DNA of 64,000 nucleotides from Acidimicrobiia bacterium (GTDB taxonomy: Bacteria > Actinomycetota > Acidimicrobiia > Spongiisociales > UBA5794), in assembly GCA_051011415.1 (NCBI GenBank), contig JBPCTY010000002.1, positions 7,104-71,103 on the forward strand, given 5' to 3'. The translations under genes and the position numbers were made by a program. Below are positions 20,506 to 29,377 of this stretch, in pieces (the stretch's first letter is position 1; each line of letters opens with the position of its first letter). The notes under the pieces are model-generated. The model saw only the letters and a list, made by a program, of their open reading frames with translations, made no database searches and was not told the DNA's origin.

Positions 20506-21935
20506 GGCGCCTACTTCTCGCCGTTGCCGCCGGAGCCATCGGAATCCTTGCCGTTACGCAGATTGCGCCTCCACCCGCCGATGCACCTGCATTCGGGGAG
20601 ACGGACATCACCGTGCCGGAAGGAGCCGTCGCATCGCCGTCTGCGTGGTACTGCCCTTGGGTTGCGGCCGGCGACGTTGTCGACTCAGACATCGTCGTGG
20701 CAAGCGAACCCGACGTCACCGTCGGCTACACGCTTCTTGACCCGGTAGCCAACGCTGACCCTTCTACAGCGAGTGCTGAGATCATTGGGCCGGGTGCAGC
20801 TGTTCTCAACACCGGAAGCGTGCTTCGGGTTGGCGAGACGCCAGCGATTGTGGAGATCTCGAACGGACCGGCAACGGTTGCATCGATGCAATATGCGGAC
20901 TCGTTCATCACCGCGGACCAGTGTCTCGTGTCGGTTCCAAAGATTTGGTACCTGACCGGCGGTTCGACCAAGACCGGAACCATCACCCGACTCAGGCTCT
21001 TCAATCCGTTCGCAGACAATGCCGAAGTCACGATCACTGCCTACTCAGAATTCAACCTCGACCTTGTCGCCGAACTTGACGGACTGGATGTGGCTGGACG
21101 CGATTGGACGACGATCGACTTCGAGCCGTACCTGCCGTTCCGAGATGAGCTCGCCTTCACCGTTACAACGACCAAGGGTCTCGTCATTCCGGCGCTCGTA
21201 AGGACGGACGACCGAGGCGAAGCCATGTGGCCGGGAGTGGCACCGCACGACACCTGGGAATTCCCCGTTGTGTCGCCAGGGGAGCTGGCTCCTCAGATCG
21301 CCGTGATGTCGGCTGGGGATGAGGGCGTTGTGGTCTCGGTCGACATCGTCACCGAGGACGGAACGATTCGGAACGCACGCGAAGTTGTGCTCGACTCGTC
21401 GACGCCCGCTCTGATTCCTCTTGCCGACCTCGCTGCCCCACCGTTTGGAGCAAGGATCCGTGCGACAGCTCCGATCGCGGCGAGTGCAGTCGCGACCGTT
21501 CCTGAGGATGATGTCGAGGGTGGGGAAGGTGGCGACCCGTCGGCGACGACGACTACCACCACGGATGACACGACGACGACGACGGAGTTTGTCGAGGAGA
21601 CGTTTATCTCCGGTCTCGCTGGCACGATTGGGTCCGCACGACCCTCCTCGAACTGGATCGTTCCCGTCGACTCGCTACCTGGAGCCGATACGACCCTTTG
21701 GATCATGAACTCGTCATCGGAGCCAGTCTCGGTCAGTTTCGGACCCCTCGGTGAGATCGAGTACTCGGTGCTAGATCTTGTCCAGGTGCCAGCGGAGTCG
21801 ATCGTCGGAATCCCCGTTGATGTTGGGATCGGAATCTATGGATACATTGTCGAAGCCGACCGTCCGGTCTCCGTCGCATGGGAAATCGCGGGGGACAGGG
21901 GTGTCGCCCTTGTCGCAGGTGTACCTACCGGATGA
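20502..21935 (+). CDS. Secreted/anchored protein of unknown function (possibly the DUF5719-type partner of the GT2 fusion)
   Basis: ATGA start/stop overlap with the upstream gene. N-terminal signal/anchor MRRLLLAVAAGAIGILAVTQIAPPPADA. It contains a Thr-rich linker (ATTTTTTDDTTTTTE). The family name is from memory of the actinobacterial neighbourhood, not verified. Confidence 0.6.
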   Translation: MRRLLLAVAAGAIGILAVTQIAPPPADAPAFGETDITVPEGAVASPSAWYCPWVAAGDVVDSDIVVASEPDVTVGYTLLDPVANADPSTASAEIIGPGAAVLNTGSVLRVGETPAIVEISNGPATVASMQYADSFITADQCLVSVPKIWYLTGGSTKTGTITRLRLFNPFADNAEVTITAYSEFNLDLVAELDGLDVAGRDWTTIDFEPYLPFRDELAFTVTTTKGLVIPALVRTDDRGEAMWPGVAPHDTWEFPVVSPGELAPQIAVMSAGDEGVVVSVDIVTEDGTIRNAREVVLDSSTPALIPLADLAAPPFGARIRATAPIAASAVATVPEDDVEGGEGGDPSATTTTTTDDTTTTTEFVEETFISGLAGTIGSARPSSNWIVPVDSLPGADTTLWIMNSSSEPVSVSFGPLGEIEYSVLDLVQVPAESIVGIPVDVGIGIYGYIVEADRPVSVAWEIAGDRGVALVAGVPTG

Positions 21936-22321
21936 CGGACATCGGCGTCCGGCTCGTAGTTGTTCTCATCCTCGTTGTCGTGGCGCTTCTCGTCGCTTGG
22001 GTGCTTCGTCGGTATGCGCGACCGCCGCACCCAACAGTGGACGTTGGCGAAGTGGGAGATCGACCTGGGGTGGTGCTCTTCACCTCGACCACGTGCCCAA
22101 CCTGCAAGGAAGTTGTTTCCCTGTTTCGAGAAATGGGGCTTCCGTATCGCGAGGTGACGAGCGACCTCGAGGAGAAGCGGTTCGAGACGTGGGGCATCGT
22201 GGCTGTGCCGGTCACCGTCGTCGTCGATGATGCTGATACGGTCGTCGCGACCTTCTCAGGAGTTCCGCGCAGGCGGTCGTTGGATCGTGCCGTTCGATCT
22301 GCCGGGATCGCGTACAAGTGA
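21932..22321 (+). CDS. Membrane-anchored glutaredoxin/thioredoxin-fold protein (CPTC)
   Basis: ATGA overlap with the upstream gene. One N-terminal TM (VRLVVVLILVVVALLVAWVL) is followed by VVLFTSTTCPTCKEVVSLF...GLPYREV, which is typical of glutaredoxin/NrdH-like folds. Confidence 0.7.
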   Translation: MTDIGVRLVVVLILVVVALLVAWVLRRYARPPHPTVDVGEVGDRPGVVLFTSTTCPTCKEVVSLFREMGLPYREVTSDLEEKRFETWGIVAVPVTVVVDDADTVVATFSGVPRRRSLDRAVRSAGIAYK

Positions 22322-22376
22322 GGGCCGATCGCAAATCCTTGGCTGCGACGTCGGGTCGCCCTACCTTTCCGCGGCC

Positions 22377-22604
22377 ATGACTGTTCCCTGCATCCGATGC
22401 TCACACCGTGCAACAAGTGTGCTGACCTATGACCACGCGGGTGCGGAGGCCTATCTCGATGATGCGCGAGGTGACGAACGCTCGTACGAGGGTCTGATGC
22501 TGTGCGAGAGCCACGCGGGCCGATTCTCGCCGCCTCGTGGCTGGGAACTGCACGACCGAAGGCGTCGACCAGTAACGCTCTTTGGGGATTCGGAGGTCGA
22601 TTGA
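22377..22604 (+). CDS. DUF3499-like small Cys protein
   Basis: MTVPCIRCSHRATSVLTYDHAGAEAYL...LCESHAGRFSPPRGWELHDRR matches the pattern I recall for actinobacterial DUF3499 (C..C...LTY...LC..HA.R...P.GW). The start was chosen at ATG 22377. Confidence 0.65.
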   Translation: MTVPCIRCSHRATSVLTYDHAGAEAYLDDARGDERSYEGLMLCESHAGRFSPPRGWELHDRRRRPVTLFGDSEVD

Positions 22605-22605
22605 A

Positions 22606-22896
22606 ATGCCGATCGACAGGGATGTGCTTGAGGCGGTTCGCGAGATGGAGGAACCAGACCTTCGTCGATTGTTCATGCTGACGAGGGCGAGGCTTGAGCG
22701 TCTTGGGCATGCGTTCCCTGATATCGGTCCCGAAGTCAAGATCAGAAGACAGATGGTTTCGTGTGGCAAGGATTCGTGCACAACCTGCCCGCATGGTCCG
22801 TATGTGTATGCATATTGGTCCGAGGATGGAAAACAGAAATCGAAGTATCTGGGACGTTTTGACGACATCCCAGAGGAAGACGCACTAGACACCTAG
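22606..22896 (+). CDS. Hypothetical small protein with a CGKDSCTTCPHGPYVYAYW motif
   Basis: The ATG is 2 nt after the previous stop. A helical N-terminus is followed by a C-x4-C-x2-C-x-HGPY motif. Third-position GC is visibly lower than in the neighbouring genes. Confidence 0.55.
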   Translation: MPIDRDVLEAVREMEEPDLRRLFMLTRARLERLGHAFPDIGPEVKIRRQMVSCGKDSCTTCPHGPYVYAYWSEDGKQKSKYLGRFDDIPEEDALDT

Positions 22897-22953
22897 CGCG
22901 CGCAATGCAATACTTAGCGTGGTCGTAGGGCATACGGCCTTCGAGGAGGAATC

Positions 22954-23145
22954 GTGAGGAAGGCATCAGCCGAAGGACTTGCTTGCACATCGTGCGGCTC
23001 TGAGTCCGTCATACAGATCGAGATGAAGCTTCCGGACGGCTCTGAGGTTGTCTTCAACTCATGTCACGTATGCGAAAACCGCTGGTGGGACCGAGAAGGC
23101 GAATCGGTGCCCGTCGACGGCATTATCGACCTCGTCGGCGAGTAG
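22954..23145 (+). CDS. Hypothetical 63-aa zinc-ribbon-like protein (CxxC...CxxC)
   Basis: A GAGGAGG Shine-Dalgarno sequence lies upstream of the GTG at 22954. The motifs are CTSCGSE...SCHVCENRWW. Confidence 0.5.
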   Translation: MRKASAEGLACTSCGSESVIQIEMKLPDGSEVVFNSCHVCENRWWDREGESVPVDGIIDLVGE

Positions 23146-23235
23146 ATCAGTTCGATCCCAATCCCACGATCGTCCAGCCACTGATCGTGGCTCGCTACCC
23201 ATGACATCCTCGAATCAGCGGTACTCTTCTGCGCC

Positions 23236-25524
23236 ATGACAGCTGCCGCCCCACCGGAGGCGCCTGAAGAGGCGTCACCGCCGCCGCCCGTCCCAACTGA
23301 CTCGCGGGAGCCCGCGGTGTCGAAATGGTTCGTGGCTGCCCTCGTCACGCTGCCGACAATTTTGATCGTGCTCACCATGTCGGGGGCGCTTGGCCCCATC
23401 CTGCGCGATGGCCAATCGCTCCTTCGGCTTCCGTATCTCTTGGTCGCAAACACCCCAACCGGGGGTGACATGGGCGCCCACGTTCTCCTGCCGAAGGTGC
23501 TTCTCGAAAGCGTGCTCCCATCCGGTCGCATCATGGGGTGGAGCATGGATTGGTACGCGGGGTTCCCTGCGCTGTACTTCTACTTCCCGCTCCCTGCACT
23601 CTCTACGGTGGCGCTCGACCTGGTGCTGCCGTACGGGATTGCGTTCAAGCTCGTCACGATTGCTGGCCTGGTTGCGCTGCCCGTGTGCTCGTACTTCATG
23701 GTCAGGTTCTTCGGTTTCACCCGCTTCGTCGCCGCCATCGCTGGCGTTGCTGGGTCGCTCTTTGTGTTTATGGAGAGCTATTCGATCTTCGGAGCGAACA
23801 TCAAGTCGACGTTGGCGGGTGAATTCTCGTTCTCGTGGTCCTTTGCCTTATCTGTCCTATTCGTTGGCATGGCCGTGCGCGACTTTCATCAGGGTCGCAA
23901 ATTCAGCCCGTGGACCGGCGTAGTCCTCGGAATCACCGCTCTTGCGCACATCATCACGACGATCGTTGTGGTCTTCACAACCCTGCCTTTGCTGCTCGCA
24001 CCGGTGTTCTACGCCTTGTTCAATAGGGACAAGGTTGGCGAAGCTCGAGATGGTGCGATCGGGCTCGCAACGTCGTATCTCGTTGGCTTTGCGGTCTCGG
24101 CGTTCTGGTCGCTTGCACTCGGAGTGCGAGTCCTCGAGGGCATGACGTCCGACATGGGTTGGGCGCCAGTCACAACCATTGTCGGTGCGTACCAGAACCC
24201 GGGTTCACCGATTCCGGGTGAGATCGTGCCAGTCCTCGCAATCGCCGTCGTTGGGATGGTGTGGTCGCTGCTTCGCCGGGACAAGGTCATGACGCTGCTG
24301 TGGATGACGCTCTGGCCGCTCGCTGGCTACTTCCTTATCGCACAGATCGACCTCACGATGTTGTACAACGCCCGATTGCTGCCCTATTGGTTCTACGGGT
24401 TGTACGTCTTCGCCGGTATCGCGATTGGTCTGGGAATGGTTGCGATCGGTCGGCGATTCCTCGATCGGCGGCGAGCGACCATGGTCGCCGGAACGGTGGC
24501 AGTACTCGTCATGGTGGGCGCCGCGGCCTTGTCAATGCATGACCTTCCCGGATGGGTCAAGTGGAATTACGAAGGCTACGAAGGCAAGCAGGTGTGGCCC
24601 GAGTACGAGCAGTTAATGGAGACCGTCGACGACCTTCCGCCCGGGCGCATCATGTGGGAAGCCAATAGTGAGATGAACAAGTACGGGACGCCAATGGCCT
24701 TGATGCTGTTTCCGTTCTGGTCAGAGGGCCACCCGTCGATGGAGGGCTTGTTCTTCGAGAGTTCGCTGACAACACCGTTCCACTTCTTGAATGCCGCTGA
24801 AGTATCCCTACGTCCGTCGAATCCCGTGCGAGGGCTCAACTATCACTCAATGAATTTCGACAGGGGCACAAAGCACCTCGCCGTCTACGACGTTGCCTAC
24901 TACGTCTCGTACACCGAGGAGGCAGCTCTCGCCGCGGAGGAATTCGGGCTCCCAACAATCGCGGAATCTGAGCCGTGGACGATCTTTGGTCTGCCTGATG
25001 CAGACCGCATCGAGGTTGCGACGTATGAGCCAGTGGTGTGGGCGGGCGAAGAGGACTTCGTCGATGCGGCACTCGAGTGGTACGACGACGTCGACAACCT
25101 CGACAAGTGGCTTGTTGAGGACGGCCCAGACAGCTGGGTGCGTGTGACCAACGTTGATCAGCGCCTTGATAGCCCGCAGCAGTATCCGGACGCCGGATCC
25201 GCCGAGGTCACCGTGTTCGAGGATCACGAAGTGTCGTTCACAACCGACTCGGTCGGGATCCCTCACCTTGTGAAGGTTTCCTATTTCCCGAACTGGCAGG
25301 CCGAGGGGGCTGGCGAGGTATATCGGGTCGCACCCTCACTGATGCTGGTGATACCGACGCAGGCGGAGGTAACCCTTCAGTTCGGTCTCACATGGGTCGA
25401 AATCGTAGGTGCAGGCCTCACCGTTATCGCCGTGGTCGGTCTGACCGCATATGGGGTGACCTACCTCGTCAGGCGAAGGAAGAGTCGACGTGAAGAGCTA
25501 TCTGAAGACATTCGCGAATCGTGA
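23236..25524 (+). CDS. Large polytopic membrane protein with extracytoplasmic C-terminal domain, GT-C-like (PTPS-related/YfhO-like class; inference)
   Basis: More than 12 predicted TM helices. An early loop motif GGDMGAH...GWSMDWYAGFPALYFYFPLP resembles membrane glycosyltransferase-like families. There is a ~280-aa soluble domain and a final TM anchor. Confidence 0.7.
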   Translation: MTAAAPPEAPEEASPPPPVPTDSREPAVSKWFVAALVTLPTILIVLTMSGALGPILRDGQSLLRLPYLLVANTPTGGDMGAHVLLPKVLLESVLPSGRIMGWSMDWYAGFPALYFYFPLPALSTVALDLVLPYGIAFKLVTIAGLVALPVCSYFMVRFFGFTRFVAAIAGVAGSLFVFMESYSIFGANIKSTLAGEFSFSWSFALSVLFVGMAVRDFHQGRKFSPWTGVVLGITALAHIITTIVVVFTTLPLLLAPVFYALFNRDKVGEARDGAIGLATSYLVGFAVSAFWSLALGVRVLEGMTSDMGWAPVTTIVGAYQNPGSPIPGEIVPVLAIAVVGMVWSLLRRDKVMTLLWMTLWPLAGYFLIAQIDLTMLYNARLLPYWFYGLYVFAGIAIGLGMVAIGRRFLDRRRATMVAGTVAVLVMVGAAALSMHDLPGWVKWNYEGYEGKQVWPEYEQLMETVDDLPPGRIMWEANSEMNKYGTPMALMLFPFWSEGHPSMEGLFFESSLTTPFHFLNAAEVSLRPSNPVRGLNYHSMNFDRGTKHLAVYDVAYYVSYTEEAALAAEEFGLPTIAESEPWTIFGLPDADRIEVATYEPVVWAGEEDFVDAALEWYDDVDNLDKWLVEDGPDSWVRVTNVDQRLDSPQQYPDAGSAEVTVFEDHEVSFTTDSVGIPHLVKVSYFPNWQAEGAGEVYRVAPSLMLVIPTQAEVTLQFGLTWVEIVGAGLTVIAVVGLTAYGVTYLVRRRKSRREELSEDIRES

Positions 25525-25951
25525 ATCCGCCGTCCAGGCGATAAAGGTTGCGATTGTCGGTGTGTTCAACACCGTTGTCTCCTTCACCCTCTTCAACGTC
25601 TTTCTCGCGGTCGGTCTTGGCTGGTTTGTCTCCATCACGGTGTCCTTTGCGCTGACGACGTTCATGTCATACCTGATCAACCGCCGCTGGACGTTTGAGC
25701 TGACGGATGGCCATGTCTCCGCGCGCGAGACAGCCTCGTTCTTTGGCGTCAACATCGCCGCCTACTTTGCATCTGTCGCGATCGTTTGGCTCGCCGACAC
25801 CCTCTTTGGGCCACTTGGAACTATCGGATACAACGTTGCCCTGCTCTTTGCGGCAGTGCTGCTGATCCTTCCGAAGCTCGCTGGGTACCGCGATCTTGTC
25901 TTTGGGGAAGCGCTCGACGAAGAGACGCAGGAATCCGTTCCAAGTTCGTGA
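25490..25951 (+). CDS. GtrA-family membrane protein
   Basis: Four TM helices. It has the GtrA-like N-terminus (VAIVGVFNTVVSFTLFNVF) and NRRWTF. It overlaps the upstream gene end by 35 nt. Confidence 0.8.
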   Translation: MKSYLKTFANRESAVQAIKVAIVGVFNTVVSFTLFNVFLAVGLGWFVSITVSFALTTFMSYLINRRWTFELTDGHVSARETASFFGVNIAAYFASVAIVWLADTLFGPLGTIGYNVALLFAAVLLILPKLAGYRDLVFGEALDEETQESVPSS

Positions 25952-25983
25952 CTCCGGAGGCACCCCGGAGAGCGTGCCCGGAT

Positions 25984-26688
25984 CTAGTCCTGGAGCGAGC
26001 CTCGGATGGCCCACACGCCCTTGAGCGTGCGAGGCACGCGTTTGACGAGGCTCGAGTTCGTTTCGCGGAGCTCCTCAACGAAGACCGGTAGCTCGACGAT
26101 CCGATACCCGGCTTTCTCTGCCCGAACAACGAGTTCTGTATCGAAGAGGTCCGTGGTCGAGATGACCGATGGTGCGATGTCATCAACGACCGTCTTGCGA
26201 ACGAGCTTCATACCGTGCGTATCAGACACGCCTGAGCCGAGGCCGTAGCGGAGAACCTGATTGAAGGTCCAGGTTCCCAGCCGTCGCCAGGCTCCACGTC
26301 GGTCGTCAGAACCTTCCGCTCGTTTGGATGCCAACACGATGTCCGCACCCTCGAGGGCAAGCGCGTCATTGAGAAAGTTGCCGGAGAAGTAGTCGATATC
26401 GAAGTTGACGACCCACTCGGTGGAGGCAGCAAGAAAGCCGTCACGCATCGCAGCGCCGTAGTCCGGTGTCGGGAGCTCCATCAGGTCAAGCGAAGGGTGG
26501 TCGTTCATCGCAGCGCGGACAAGATCTGCGGTGTTGTCGGTAGAACCGTTCTCCGCAATGACAACAGATACGTCGGCGTCGACGCGTTGCATGTCCTCGA
26601 ACAGCAGGGGGAGCGCGGTCGGCAGGTAGTCAGCCTCGTTGTGCACGGGGATGACGACCGTGATGCCTGGGCGTGAGGGCTCGGTCAT
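25984..26688 (-). CDS. Family 2 glycosyltransferase, polyprenyl/dolichyl-phosphate sugar synthase type (Ppm1/GtrB-like)
   Basis: Short soluble GT2 with ITVVIPVHNEADYL, VVIAENGSTDNT and an FDIDYF acidic motif. It is divergent from manB. Confidence 0.85.
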   Translation of the reverse strand: MTEPSRPGITVVIPVHNEADYLPTALPLLFEDMQRVDADVSVVIAENGSTDNTADLVRAAMNDHPSLDLMELPTPDYGAAMRDGFLAASTEWVVNFDIDYFSGNFLNDALALEGADIVLASKRAEGSDDRRGAWRRLGTWTFNQVLRYGLGSGVSDTHGMKLVRKTVVDDIAPSVISTTDLFDTELVVRAEKAGYRIVELPVFVEELRETNSSLVKRVPRTLKGVWAIRGSLQD

Positions 26689-26756
26689 GGGCGACGGAGT
26701 GTAGGTGTGGGTTCGCCTACTGGCAGGCTGGGTGACAGCCGTACACTCTGCGGTTC

Positions 26757-28094
26757 ATGGACCTTTCACACATCATCAAGGCGTATGACGTCCGCGGAAT
26801 CGTTCCGGACGAGTTTGATACCGACGCTGCAACCCGAATAGGTGCTGCTTTTGCGGCCTTCATTGACACCGATGAGGTCATCGTTGGTTATGACTGCCGG
26901 ACCTCTACTCCTGCGATCAAGCAGGCTCTCGTGGATGGCATCACCAGTCAAGGTGTCGGTGTCCGCTTGATAGGTGAGGTCCCAACGGATGTCCTCTACT
27001 ACGCCTCCGGTGCGATGTCGCTCCCAGGGGCAGTGATCACTGCATCGCATAACCCAGCTCAATACAACGGGCTGAAGTTCTGTCGAGCGGCCGCAGCGCC
27101 AATAGGCCAGGAGACGGGGCTCTTGGATATTCGGAGAATGGCCGAGGAGGGACTCGACCCCACGCCACATCAAGGCACGGTTACGGAGTACGAGATCATC
27201 CCCGGCTATGTCGAACATGTCCTCCAAACAACGGGTGCTGCAGGAATCCACGGGCTCCGGGTGGCGGCGGATGGCGGCAACGGCATGGCCGGAGCGGCAT
27301 TGCCACAGGTCTTTGAACGGATAGATGCCGAACTGCTCGGTCTGTACCTCGAGCCCGATGGAACCTTCCCTAACCATCCAGCCGATCCGCTTCGACCGGA
27401 GAATCTGATCGACCTCACCGAGCTTGTACTCACCGAGGACGCTGACCTCGGCGTCGCCTTCGATGGTGACGCGGACCGGGCGTTCTTCATCGACGACAAG
27501 GGCGTCCCGCTTCCGGGAAGCACAACGACAGCAATGATCGCAGCATGGTTTCTTGAGCAACATCCCGGCGATGCGGTCGTCCACAACCTGATCTGCTCCC
27601 GTGCAGTGGCTGAAACGGTCGAAGCAGCTGGCGGAATGCCGGTGCGAACGAAGGTCGGTCATTCCTATATCAAGCAAGTGATGGCAGAGACTGACGCCAT
27701 TTTCGGCGGCGAACACTCCGGCCACTATTACTTCAGGGACAACTACCGGGCCGACAGCGGAATCATGGCCATGCTCGTCGTGCTGAGGGTGCTGTCAGAT
27801 GCCCGTGTTCCGCTTTCGGAACTGCGCAAGGCCTATGAGCCCTATGCCCAGTCTGGCGAGATCAATTTCAAGGTGTCGAGCATTGAACGCGCCGACGCCG
27901 CAGTGGCTCAAAGGTTCGAAGAGTTTCCATCCGACCGACTCGACGGGCTCACCGTCGATCTTGGTGATCGATGGTTCAACCTCAGGCCCTCGAACACGGA
28001 ACCGGTCCTTCGGCTTAACGTCGAAGGACCTGACGACACCGCTGTCGAGGAGTTGGTTGATCAAGTTGCAGCAGTCATCAAGGAGAGCTCGTGA
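26757..28094 (+). CDS. manB: Phosphomannomutase/phosphoglucomutase
   Basis: It has the active-site TASHNPAQYNG, the metal loop FDGDADR and a GEHSGH sugar loop. Confidence 0.92.
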   Translation: MDLSHIIKAYDVRGIVPDEFDTDAATRIGAAFAAFIDTDEVIVGYDCRTSTPAIKQALVDGITSQGVGVRLIGEVPTDVLYYASGAMSLPGAVITASHNPAQYNGLKFCRAAAAPIGQETGLLDIRRMAEEGLDPTPHQGTVTEYEIIPGYVEHVLQTTGAAGIHGLRVAADGGNGMAGAALPQVFERIDAELLGLYLEPDGTFPNHPADPLRPENLIDLTELVLTEDADLGVAFDGDADRAFFIDDKGVPLPGSTTTAMIAAWFLEQHPGDAVVHNLICSRAVAETVEAAGGMPVRTKVGHSYIKQVMAETDAIFGGEHSGHYYFRDNYRADSGIMAMLVVLRVLSDARVPLSELRKAYEPYAQSGEINFKVSSIERADAAVAQRFEEFPSDRLDGLTVDLGDRWFNLRPSNTEPVLRLNVEGPDDTAVEELVDQVAAVIKESS

Positions 28095-28270
28095 CCGAAA
28101 TGCCCCTTATTGATCCAGACCTTCTCGCCATCATGCAATGCCCCGCGTGCACTGGCACTCTGAGCGAGCGCAAAGAACCTCCGGCACTCCTATGTGGTGA
28201 CTGTGGTCGCGCCTATCGAGTCGAGGACGGGATCCCCGTGATGCTGGTTGACGAGGCAGAACAGACCTAA
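28091..28270 (+). CDS. Trm112-like small zinc-ribbon protein (59 aa, below ORF-track cutoff)
   Basis: GTG 28091 overlaps the manB stop. The translation VTEMPLIDPDLLAIMQCPACTGTL...LLCGDCGRAYRVEDGIPVMLVDEA fits the Trm112p/DUF343 pattern. Confidence 0.7.
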   Translation: MTEMPLIDPDLLAIMQCPACTGTLSERKEPPALLCGDCGRAYRVEDGIPVMLVDEAEQT

Positions 28271-29286
28271 GCGTCGGTTCCGAAGTCGAAATCAAAGTCG
28301 AGAAATTCCAGATCCTCGATCGCCGTGACCTGATCCGCAGGGGGCGCTGACACCACAACGGGTCCGCCGATGTCATACATGTTGTACTCGATGCTCATCG
28401 AGCCGAACTCTGAGTCGGTGCTCATCGAGGCATCAATCTCCATCACGAGCCGTACCAGATAGCCCTCAGCGCTTACCCACAGGTCGAGCGGCAGGAGACC
28501 ATCCGCAAAGATTCCCGACTCCTCAAGCTCCGTGCGTTCCTCAGCCGACAGCTGGTCGATCATCGCTGACGTGTCGAAGGTGACGCGGTAGTGGGTCGCA
28601 TCGACCCCGTTCACCGATTCAGCCCCAAGGTCTTCCACTGTGGCGCTGGCACCCTCGTAGGCCTCCAGAATCTCGTTGGGATCGGTTGGCACCTGCTCGA
28701 ATCCGGATGAGAAGTCGTCGCCATCCTCGGCTGGCATGGAGATCCACGGTGTCGCCGCTCCAAACAGCTCATTGAAGAACACCGCATTCATGTAGGCGCG
28801 TTCGCCGACCTGGCGAAACTCCATTGTTCCAAGCATCCCGGCCGCCATGGCTGCGAATGGGTCGTCGGTGTCTGCCGCAACGGCGTCAGCCAGCCCAGAC
28901 ATGTCTATCGAGAAGGAACCGTCCCCTGTGTCCGCATCGAAGGCGCTGGCGAAGCTGAACGAGATGTCTGTGGTGCCCGACGTCCCGGTATCGAGTCCTG
29001 ACATCTCGATCGTGCCTTCGACCCGGGCTGACGTGATCTCCGAAGTGGCGCTGAGTGTCTCAAGGAGTTTTGAGACATCATCCTCAGCCTCCGTGGAGCC
29101 AGTGGTGGTTGACGTTGTGCTCGATGACGTGTCCGGCGGCGCAGTCTGCGTCGTCGTCACAACCGCTGTTGTCGTCGTTTCCTCGGCTGCTGAGGTTTCG
29201 CCCTCAGCGCATCCGGCGGCGACGATCGCAAGCACGATGGTCACGGCAAGCAGGATTCGTTTCACTGTGCCCCCTGGGGTGTTCAT
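28267..29286 (-). CDS. Acidic secreted lipoprotein of unknown function
   Basis: Start at MNTPGG (29286). Signal peptide with lipobox LAIVAAGC. A Thr-rich linker is followed by a very acidic ~280-aa domain. A LolA/LppX-like fold is only a guess. Confidence 0.7.
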   Translation of the reverse strand: MNTPGGTVKRILLAVTIVLAIVAAGCAEGETSAAEETTTTAVVTTTQTAPPDTSSSTTSTTTGSTEAEDDVSKLLETLSATSEITSARVEGTIEMSGLDTGTSGTTDISFSFASAFDADTGDGSFSIDMSGLADAVAADTDDPFAAMAAGMLGTMEFRQVGERAYMNAVFFNELFGAATPWISMPAEDGDDFSSGFEQVPTDPNEILEAYEGASATVEDLGAESVNGVDATHYRVTFDTSAMIDQLSAEERTELEESGIFADGLLPLDLWVSAEGYLVRLVMEIDASMSTDSEFGSMSIEYNMYDIGGPVVVSAPPADQVTAIEDLEFLDFDFDFGTDA

Positions 29287-29377
29287 CTGAGAGTATCGGC
29301 AGAAACTTGCAGATGGTTGAGTTGAGCACGGTGCATTTGAGTGCGCCGTACCATGTGGCGACCCCACCGAGGAACCC

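Noticed and set aside
29287-29377. Possible SAH riboswitch in front of ahcY.
   Set aside because: The 90-nt gap contains CCGAGGA, but that is most simply the ribosome-binding site. I could not build the SAH pseudoknot consensus from the sequence.
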